DNA from: a virus
Virus record (IMG/VR): IMGVR_UViG_3300030098_005028
Span: 1 to 64,000 of that record
DNA length: 64,000 nt
Strand: one strand, 5' to 3'
Part shown: positions 57,124 to 64,000 of the stretch, in pieces
Layout of the letters: each line of letters opens with the position of its first letter
Position numbering within the stretch: position 1 is the stretch's first letter
Translations under genes and position numbers: made by a program
The notes under the pieces: generated by a model
Database searches by the model: none
Told to the model about the DNA's origin: nothing
Seen by the model: only the letters and a program-made list of their open reading frames with translations

Positions 57124-58007
57124 TTAACAATCTCCAAAATTTTAGCAATTCTCTTTTTCTCTGTAGGTGTGACAGAAGGAAAGGGATGCCTATTGTAATC
57201 ACAAAATCCTAGCTGACGAAGAGCCTCCCTCATCGCCTTGTGCCATCCAATTGACATAAACACATCGAATAACTGTGTCTCTTTATGGATGTAGAACATA
57301 CTTTTTGTCTTAAAGTATTCTATTTCTTGCTTTGGAAACATACTTCCAATGCCAGAGACGAAGGATTGTACACCGGTGGGTTGTAGCGCATTGAAGCGAC
57401 GAATACTCCCGCCAGCAACTATAACACAGAAATTCTTCTTGTCAATATCTTTGCATACATTAAATGCCAATCCGAGGTCAGAAGTTTCTTCTTTCATGCC
57501 AAATATGTTTTTATGAGAAGAAATCTTATTAATTAATTCTGCTGTATAATCATAAGACCCTCCAGTTCCCTTACGCATGAACATACCATGAAATATTACG
57601 GGTAACTTACTTCTATCTGCTATCTTATGAAAGTAGCTAACAATGGTCTTATCGTCATAATATCTATCAGGATAAAGAGCCATTAAAAAAGTTTTATTAC
57701 TTTTCTTCATCTTTTCGTTATAAAAGTCAACATCATCAAGTACAGACCGTAAATCTTTTCCCTGAAGACCAATTATCTTTGTATTTACGAAAGAGTCATA
57801 GAGAGTAAAGTTGAGAGAAAATATTTCTTCCTTACTTAGAAGATTATATTGAGAAGTCCCTGCTGTAGTCATAACGCATTTTGCGCCATTTGATTGCAAG
57901 TATGATATGTACTTTTTTGTCTTTGCTAGATCTAGGTCTCCGTTTCTTTTATAAGAAGGAGGCAACGCAAAAGATGGTGTGTCGCATAACATTTTTGACT
58001 TATTCAT
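57120..58007 (-). CDS. DHDPS/N-acetylneuraminate lyase-family class I aldolase
   Basis: G.LDL, TAGTSQ..LLS..E, YF..IAD...LP, N..GMKEE (Schiff-base Lys). Confidence 0.8.
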   Translation of the reverse strand: MNKSKMLCDTPSFALPPSYKRNGDLDLAKTKKYISYLQSNGAKCVMTTAGTSQYNLLSKEEIFSLNFTLYDSFVNTKIIGLQGKDLRSVLDDVDFYNEKMKKSNKTFLMALYPDRYYDDKTIVSYFHKIADRSKLPVIFHGMFMRKGTGGSYDYTAELINKISSHKNIFGMKEETSDLGLAFNVCKDIDKKNFCVIVAGGSIRRFNALQPTGVQSFVSGIGSMFPKQEIEYFKTKSMFYIHKETQLFDVFMSIGWHKAMREALRQLGFCDYNRHPFPSVTPTEKKRIAKILEIVK

Positions 58008-58641
58008 AAGATATAATTAATCCTTTGTCTATCAATTCTTTTATTTTAGATCTTTCATATTTGTAGTGATGGGTCATATGAGTCCCTTTGTCTTCCCAGT
58101 AATGCTGCGCGAACTCGTCATTCAACCCAAAACCGAATATATGAGGTATGACACCAACACGAATACATAGGTGTATTATCGCAAAACCTATGCTTGGTCT
58201 TCTATGGCCCGTGTTAACTTGACATATGTGTTGTATTGAAGAGTAGTCTCCTAGATAAGGATCGCAAGACGAATGTATGTTCTCATGTCTTGACCTCCAT
58301 TCATCACCCCTGCCGTTATGTTCATTAGTCTGTGGGCCAATCATTAATATTTTCATATTTCTAAGATCTTTGACGAAGTTTGCTGGTTGACCTTTGTTCG
58401 TCCAGTTGCCGACTCTTGGGTGCGGCACATTTGAAAATACATGTTGATTAGCAACACGAATAGTGGTTCTAGAACCTACATGGGTTTCATAGCTTTCTGT
58501 TGGCGCTCTGTTAAATCTAACTATGTCGTCGAATTCGTCAATGAATTCACCGTATGTTCTATTAAGTATAGATGGACTAGAAGCAATTATTGCTATGTTG
58601 TTACTTACATCTAGGTCTGGAGTTACATATTGAAGTATCAT
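58000..58641 (-). CDS. GT29 (sialyltransferase-family) glycosyltransferase
   Basis: Sialylmotif L (IAIIASS...GEFIDEFDDIVRFNRAP...HVGSRTT), S (PSIG....C......FGF), III (HYWE), VS (HHYKYE); AGGAGG supports ATG 58641. Confidence 0.85.
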   Translation of the reverse strand: MILQYVTPDLDVSNNIAIIASSPSILNRTYGEFIDEFDDIVRFNRAPTESYETHVGSRTTIRVANQHVFSNVPHPRVGNWTNKGQPANFVKDLRNMKILMIGPQTNEHNGRGDEWRSRHENIHSSCDPYLGDYSSIQHICQVNTGHRRPSIGFAIIHLCIRVGVIPHIFGFGLNDEFAQHYWEDKGTHMTHHYKYERSKIKELIDKGLIISYE

Positions 58642-59321
58642 CCACAACATCCTCCTGAACTTACATTTTCAATAGCACCTAAGTCTTTTAAGAGAAGAAC
58701 GTCTACTGAGTCTTCTTCTCCGTTTGGATTTGTGCCAAATGTATCCCATTTGAATATCGTATACCCATTTTTCTTTATTGTTTGCAAAAACTCTGACTTG
58801 TTATATGAAAATTTATATGTCTTTATTCCGTATGGTGTTTGATAAACTTCGCTATTACTTTTTTCTTTTGTTATTGGTATTCTCTGCAAAATTATCATAT
58901 TTGCGCATATGCTAAGTATGTGTTCTAGGCATTCATTTCCATTTGGTAGTATGTCTATCAGCCCATTAACAACAATAAGGTCATTATCAAAAATATCATC
59001 CCACTTGATATCTTGATAAGATTTGTTATAAAAACTACCAATCTCTCCAAATGATTCACTTGCTAGGTCAACTGCCTCTTTTGAATAGTCATACCCTATG
59101 TATTGAACATCCTCAAACTCTTGCGCTACTATCATTGAGTAGGCACCACACCCACAACCAATGTCAATAACTCTAGAAATTCTCTTCCTTACCATCGTTG
59201 CCTGATCAACAAAATGGTGCCAATGTGCAGGCCATTCATTTTGAAACTGGCTTATGTTAAGTCTTAATTGCTGTACAAATACATCTCTGTTTTTCCATGA
59301 GTCAATGTGTTCGGAATTCAT
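58638..59321 (-). CDS. Class I SAM-dependent methyltransferase
   Basis: VIDIGCGCG, YIGYDYS. Confidence 0.85.
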   Translation of the reverse strand: MNSEHIDSWKNRDVFVQQLRLNISQFQNEWPAHWHHFVDQATMVRKRISRVIDIGCGCGAYSMIVAQEFEDVQYIGYDYSKEAVDLASESFGEIGSFYNKSYQDIKWDDIFDNDLIVVNGLIDILPNGNECLEHILSICANMIILQRIPITKEKSNSEVYQTPYGIKTYKFSYNKSEFLQTIKKNGYTIFKWDTFGTNPNGEEDSVDVLLLKDLGAIENVSSGGCCG

Positions 59322-60195
59322 TTAGCTGATCCTCAAACCTTTTTTTCAACTTGTCCATATTCTGTAGAATTATCTCTGGGTGTTCTTCTTCAAAAGGCTT
59401 TGTTCTACAAGAGCCTCTTACACTAGGTTTGAACTCATGAACACCGTCATACTCTTCTTCTATTCGACTTCTGGTTGATTGACTTCCAGTAACCCAAGGA
59501 AGGTATACATTTTCAAAATAATCATCAATACAATTTTGTTTACTTACCGCTGCTTTATAGTAGCTTACTTTTTGTTTTACTTGTTGAGGGAAGACGTAGC
59601 TGTAGTGATACATTCTGACACCAAGTTTTTCATCCAGCGTATTATGGTCTAGGTGTCTTTTTGGCAATCTTTCGTGTATAGGTATCGTGTGAGCTATAGT
59701 AGGAGGTCTATGTGTTGCCCAATAAGAACCCGGATATACCTTTCGGATTCTCATAAATTCTGCTCCTTCTTCAAATCCTCCTAATACATTATCAAATCCC
59801 CCATAGAAACTTCTGCTTCTGAAACCTACTGAAGTGATTTTGAACTCTTCCAATACCTCCATGATCGTTTCAATATCTCTTGACTTGAATACTTCATCAC
59901 AATCTAAGTTCCATATGTAATCATTGTCTTCATCCAAAAGTTTCATATATGTATTGCACTGATGATCCTTTTCCTGATATTGGCTACTTACGATCTGTAT
60001 TTTATTTTCAGGGTCTGGAATAGAATTCAATACTTCTATGGTTCCATCTGTAGACTTGGATAGTCCTTGTTGTTGCCAGTATGTTACTGGGCCTTCAGCA
60101 ATCAAAATTTGATTTGCATATGGGTAAACAGATTTTATGCACTCTTCAAGTACATAGTTTCCATTAAGAACAATCATTCCAAAGGCTATCTTCAT
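59302..60195 (-). CDS. GT2-like glycosyltransferase
   Basis: MIVLNG....ECI.SV, STDGT, LDCDE, YHYSY. Confidence 0.8.
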   Translation of the reverse strand: MKIAFGMIVLNGNYVLEECIKSVYPYANQILIAEGPVTYWQQQGLSKSTDGTIEVLNSIPDPENKIQIVSSQYQEKDHQCNTYMKLLDEDNDYIWNLDCDEVFKSRDIETIMEVLEEFKITSVGFRSRSFYGGFDNVLGGFEEGAEFMRIRKVYPGSYWATHRPPTIAHTIPIHERLPKRHLDHNTLDEKLGVRMYHYSYVFPQQVKQKVSYYKAAVSKQNCIDDYFENVYLPWVTGSQSTRSRIEEEYDGVHEFKPSVRGSCRTKPFEEEHPEIILQNMDKLKKRFEDQLNEFRTH

Positions 60196-61100
60196 AGTTT
60201 ATATGTACTCTTTATCATGTATGTGCAGTCATAGTAATTGTCGTAAACATCTTTTATTCCTAAGTTAGGCAATATATTTCCCCATTCTCCATGCCTGTCT
60301 ACTCTATATAAACCCTCATCATAGTTAGGATTGAAATGGGAGAAGTGATTGAAAACTAAATCTTGAGTCACTTTCCCCTGCTTCATTACAAATTGAGAGT
60401 CCCACATTATTTTCTTATCTTGTATTTCAGCATGAGGAAAATTCCAAGGCGCACCATGCCCTATGTCTTCGTCTATAATTTTTACATTGTTCTGACCAAA
60501 TATCTCCCCAAACAACTCTAGGTACTTTTGATCTCCGCATGTGCCATGTGTGACAGAAAACCTATTATTAGTATCAACAACCACATCCTTCCAAAAACTT
60601 GAGCAGGGCAGACCTACCTCATCGTTACGGAAGTACACAATACCTACATTGTAATAACCAGTACGGCTATTAGACTCAAGCGATTGGTGCTTATGGGTAA
60701 TTAATCCAATAGAGTAATTATCTACACAGTCAAATATGACTCGTGGGTCTTTATAAAATAGAATATCGGAGTCCACATAGAGACACTCACTACATTTTTT
60801 CAATACAAAGTTTGTAAAGAAGGCCGACAAAGCCCAATGAAATTCACAATGACCATCAGGATGTGTTCCATCGTCCCTAGCGTTATTCTTCTTTAGTAGT
60901 TCAAAGTCGTCACTAGCTAAATCATCCAACCTATACGGAATAATCTCTCTGAAGTTTATATCGTTTAACTTGTGATAGGCAGTATCATCTGTACAAAGAT
61001 AATGTAATTCAAATGGTTCTGATGCGTACTGCCTTATCGAATGATACATCGTAAGACCATATGTAAGATATTTACTGTCTGAAAGAGTTGCGAATATCAT
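60192..61100 (-). CDS. GT-A glycosyltransferase
   Basis: YVDSDILF (DxD), YNVG.VYF, GDQKYL, APWN. Confidence 0.8.
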   Translation of the reverse strand: MIFATLSDSKYLTYGLTMYHSIRQYASEPFELHYLCTDDTAYHKLNDINFREIIPYRLDDLASDDFELLKKNNARDDGTHPDGHCEFHWALSAFFTNFVLKKCSECLYVDSDILFYKDPRVIFDCVDNYSIGLITHKHQSLESNSRTGYYNVGIVYFRNDEVGLPCSSFWKDVVVDTNNRFSVTHGTCGDQKYLELFGEIFGQNNVKIIDEDIGHGAPWNFPHAEIQDKKIMWDSQFVMKQGKVTQDLVFNHFSHFNPNYDEGLYRVDRHGEWGNILPNLGIKDVYDNYYDCTYMIKSTYKL

Positions 61101-61132
61101 TTTATGTAAAACCTAATTTTTATCTTAATATG

Positions 61133-61918
61133 TCATTTTAATTTGATGTAGGATATCCATGTATAATCTGACGCTTCATTTGCGTATATGTCAAAATCTT
61201 TCTTGCGATCTGTTAATAAAGGGTCTGCCGTAATGTCTAGGTACTGCTGCCTGCTGATTTTAGCCCATTTATAGCCACGATCAGAATCTACGGCAGAATA
61301 AATAGGAGGAAACTCATAGTATATCTCTATGTTGTCTTTCAGCCATTGTGCATCTTTTGTATTCAATAATAAGGACGACTTAGGAGAATATGACCTTTCG
61401 CCTTCACTCAAAGGCTCCATGTTGGCAACATTTCCATAAACCGGATGATAGCTATTACCTCTTCCATCGTGGTAGTTATCTTCGTACAGTATGTGTGTAA
61501 ACCCATGATGTGCGGCTTGTTTTACTCTATCAAGACCATAGTGGTCATCAAAAAAGCATAGTGTCTTGCTTTTATCAACTGAGTCCCAATTGATATTGTT
61601 AAAATCTGTAGTTGTGTATTTTATGCGTGGCGATATATATTGTCGAACAAGAAGGTTTGGATCAATAGATATAATTTTTGCATTTGGACATGTAGTTTCT
61701 AGTAGCCAAGAACTTTGGCCTTTCCATATACCACTTTCAATAATGTATTCAGGTTGAAGCTGTCTACACAAGAACCATGTAGCAAACATATGGGAGGAAG
61801 ACATTCCTCCTCCGTTATTACGAATCGGACGAGACGCATATACTCTCAAAAAATCTTCTAGGGAATCAATTAGGTTTTTGTTTTCCCACTGTACTTTTCC
61901 TATAGTCTCATACTTCAT
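61133..61918 (-). CDS. Putative SAM-dependent methyltransferase
   Basis: P..IIESG.WKG.SSW, ISIDP, FFDDH, EDNY. Confidence 0.6.
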   Translation of the reverse strand: MKYETIGKVQWENKNLIDSLEDFLRVYASRPIRNNGGGMSSSHMFATWFLCRQLQPEYIIESGIWKGQSSWLLETTCPNAKIISIDPNLLVRQYISPRIKYTTTDFNNINWDSVDKSKTLCFFDDHYGLDRVKQAAHHGFTHILYEDNYHDGRGNSYHPVYGNVANMEPLSEGERSYSPKSSLLLNTKDAQWLKDNIEIYYEFPPIYSAVDSDRGYKWAKISRQQYLDITADPLLTDRKKDFDIYANEASDYTWISYIKLK

Positions 61919-61942
61919 AGGATAATCCCTTACTTGATAGCA

Positions 61943-62773
61943 TTATTCAAAAACCAACTCAACTTCTTGATGACACCCAACGATATTGCTAAAGTCCATC
62001 TTGTCTATATTTATTCTTTTTCCATCAATGTATTTATCATTTAGTTCTTTTAGTGATATTCCATAAAATTCACCGCTTTGGTTTTCAGATGATCCAACAA
62101 TGTTAATTGGCGTATTTACCAATACACTCTCCTTAAAGGAACACATTAGTGGAAAAAGCTGAGTTCCGACTGGAAACCTGCCTTCTAAAGAATTTGGAGT
62201 GTCATAACCATAAGAATCCAGTATTTCTATCATGTCAGACTTTCTGTAAACATGACCATCTACAGAAAAAGGATACCCGAAGTTAGAAGAGGAGGGCAGC
62301 AAGTACCATTCCCAGCCCATAAATCTATCATGTATCCAAGCACAATTTTTGGGTGTCTCTGATATTGTCTTCTTATAGGGATTTTGAATATATGTGTTTT
62401 CTCCTAATCTAAGAGATAGACACATAGCTTGATCTATATTGAACAAATTTTCTATTTCTTCATAGGAAGCCTCCATCTTCCTGTAGAGTATACTGTCATC
62501 TGTAAAGAAACAGAACAATTCATCCTGCTTTGTATGCTCCTTTAATATATACATAAGACTTTCTTTGAAACCGTATTCTGGCTTTTGTTCTTTGAACATC
62601 GTTGCCTGCGGCTTTTCTGACCTAAGAAGATTATATCCTCTTTGGAAAGAGTTATCGCTGGCAGTGAATAGAACATTTAAGTCAAATATGCCCGGAGCAT
62701 TCTTATGTATACTCTCAATACAAGCCTGTAATTGGGCAGGCCTATCTTTAGAAAAGATTATTCCTGTTATCAT
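61943..62773 (-). CDS. Glycosyltransferase-like protein (GT-A)
   Basis: IIFSKDRPAQL, FFTDD, LSLRLG, FGYP.SVDG, PN.LEG. Confidence 0.55.
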   Translation of the reverse strand: MITGIIFSKDRPAQLQACIESIHKNAPGIFDLNVLFTASDNSFQRGYNLLRSEKPQATMFKEQKPEYGFKESLMYILKEHTKQDELFCFFTDDSILYRKMEASYEEIENLFNIDQAMCLSLRLGENTYIQNPYKKTISETPKNCAWIHDRFMGWEWYLLPSSSNFGYPFSVDGHVYRKSDMIEILDSYGYDTPNSLEGRFPVGTQLFPLMCSFKESVLVNTPINIVGSSENQSGEFYGISLKELNDKYIDGKRINIDKMDFSNIVGCHQEVELVFE

Positions 62774-63689
62774 TAAACCACTCTATTGTGTCTTCCAGTC
62801 CTTCAGACAGTGAGGTCTCTGCCTCGAATCCAAATTCCTTAGCTCTACTAGTATCTAAACATCTTCTAGGCTGGCCATCTGGTTTGGATGTATCCCAGAC
62901 AATCTCACCAGTGTAACCCATTTTTTCAGATATAAGGGCAACTAAATCTCTTATAGTTATCTCTTTTCCTGTACCAATATTAACAGGCTGTGGATCATTG
63001 TGTTGTTCCATAGCAGCAACTATAGCTTCCGCACAGTCTTCAACAAACAAAAACTCTCTACTTGCAGATCCACTTCCCCATACAACAACTTCTTTTTTGT
63101 TGCTCTTTATGGCTTCGTCAAACTTTAAAATTAAAGCAGGAATAACATGACTAATTGCTGGATCAAAGTTATCATTTGGCCCATACATATTTACTGGTAT
63201 TAAGTTTACTCCATTAAAACCATATTGTTCTTTGTAGGAAATTATCATTTGCATCAATGCTTTTTTTGCTATTCCATAAGGAGCATTTGTTTCCTCTGGA
63301 TAACCATTCCATATTTCTTCTTCTTTAAACGGCACAGGAGTAAACTTTGGATAAGCACAGACCGTTCCAATCATCACGAATTTTTTTAGATCATAATGCC
63401 TTGCTGTTTCGATAACATTCATTCCCATAGCCAAGTTGTCATGAATGAATTTTCCGGGATTTTCTTTATTTGCCCCAATCCCTCCGACCTTAGCTGCTAG
63501 ATGAAGTACAACTTTTGGATTAAACATATCAAAAACTCCCGCACACAAGACTGGATCAGTCAAATCATAGACAGAACCTACGGGAAATATTTTTTTGTAT
63601 CCTTTAAACTTGAGTTCTTGAAGAACTGACTTTCCTAAAAATCCAGTTGCTCCAGTTAGCAAGATGCTATCGTCTTTATTTATTTCCAT
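62748..63689 (-). CDS. fcl: GDP-L-fucose synthase
   Basis: AAKVGGIGAN, GTVCAYPK, PYGIAK, PVNMYGPNDNF, SHVIPALI, WGSG..SREF, KPDGQPRR. Confidence 0.95.
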   Translation of the reverse strand: MEINKDDSILLTGATGFLGKSVLQELKFKGYKKIFPVGSVYDLTDPVLCAGVFDMFNPKVVLHLAAKVGGIGANKENPGKFIHDNLAMGMNVIETARHYDLKKFVMIGTVCAYPKFTPVPFKEEEIWNGYPEETNAPYGIAKKALMQMIISYKEQYGFNGVNLIPVNMYGPNDNFDPAISHVIPALILKFDEAIKSNKKEVVVWGSGSASREFLFVEDCAEAIVAAMEQHNDPQPVNIGTGKEITIRDLVALISEKMGYTGEIVWDTSKPDGQPRRCLDTSRAKEFGFEAETSLSEGLEDTIEWFNDNRNNLF

Positions 63690-63999
63690 TTAAAATCTCC
63701 AAACATTTTTCCGCTTCTTCTTTGTATTGTAAGTGACGTAGCAGACTATTTATCCTGTGGCAATATGTATGTTCTTTCATGACAGTCTCATAACAAGCCT
63801 CTGCATGAGACTTTCTTAAATTAGGACTATCAATAAAATATTCTATCATCTTGATAAATTCATTTTCGTCTCTTGCGACTGGCATCTCATTCTTTGTGAA
63901 TACATCTTCTACAAGAGAGTCTATATGATCGGAGATACAAAAAGACTTGCAAGCAGAAATTTTGAAAACTCTTTCATTAACTTCAAATCCAAACTTATT
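63676..63999 (-). CDS. CgeB-like GT-B glycosyltransferase, partial (5' end outside window)
   Basis: Frame stays open to the window edge: GFEVNERVFKISAC...ISD...HTYCHR. Confidence 0.7.
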   Translation of the reverse strand, partial: NKFGFEVNERVFKISACKSFCISDHIDSLVEDVFTKNEMPVARDENEFIKMIEYFIDSPNLRKSHAEACYETVMKEHTYCHRINSLLRHLQYKEEAEKCLEILNGNK

Positions 64000-64000
64000 T

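Larger units (their letters stand above)
1..64000. mobile_element. Large tailed bacteriophage genome segment (probable siphovirus)
   Basis: Ordered TerL-portal-protease-MCP-neck-tube-TMP-tail tip module, PhoH and sigma factor, dense overlapping genes, no housekeeping genes, no integrase or att site seen. Confidence 0.95.

Noticed and set aside
2574-62813. Many 60-140 aa ORFs antisense to or nested in long genes (e.g. 8479-8859, 14238-14618, 31449-31799, 46992-47393)
   Set aside because: Shadow ORFs with no recognisable motifs, fully overlapping well-supported genes
1-64000. Alternative genetic code (stop codon reassignment)
   Set aside because: Conserved genes are full length in code 11, and TAA, TAG and TGA all end genes cleanly
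45557-64000. Host chromosomal O-antigen locus flanking a prophage
   Set aside because: No integrase, att site or membrane assembly genes; directly coupled to phage-type nuclease and recombination genes; its partner gmd lies among phage genes. A chimeric assembly cannot be excluded without reads
1-64000. tRNA, rRNA, introns or inteins
   Set aside because: None recognised by eye; intergenic gaps are short and TerL shows no intein motifs. A covariance-model scan was not run

Overview
The whole window reads as part of one large, AT-rich tailed-phage (Caudoviricetes) genome in the standard genetic code. No sheath gene is visible and the tape measure protein is 1991 aa, so a siphovirus is likely. 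A Planctomycetota host is suggested but weakly supported. Layout: (1) 1-324, non-coding degenerate tandem repeats, a perfect 9-1-9 palindrome and direct repeats (possible genome end or packaging/origin region). (2) 322-2818, a small leftward operon (HTH protein, ClpP, M19 dipeptidase, exported protein). (3) 2857-43386, a rightward block: sigma factor with a Cys-rich insert, a GT-like gene, two SPASM radical-SAM enzymes, gmd, HNH, PhoH, ERCC4 nuclease, terminase, portal, protease/scaffold, decoration, major capsid, neck, tube, chaperones, tape measure, Cys-rich tail-tip proteins and an embedded glycosyltransferase. An intergenic TGGTGTAT motif recurs here as a putative late promoter. (4) 43381->64000, one continuous leftward block: about 18 kb of glycan biosynthesis genes (rmlABCD, FdtA, DegT, C- and O-methyltransferases, KdsA, NeuA-type cytidylyltransferase, class I aldolase, a GT29 sialyltransferase-like gene, several GTs, fcl). 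It runs into a DUF559 nuclease, a Rad52-like annealase and a Whirly-like SSB. The best candidate for an undescribed system is a phage-encoded ulosonic-acid (Kdo/sialic-like) and methylated deoxysugar glycosylation pathway, possibly decorating Ser/Ser-Gly-rich virion proteins. All family calls come from motif recognition by eye; no searches were run.
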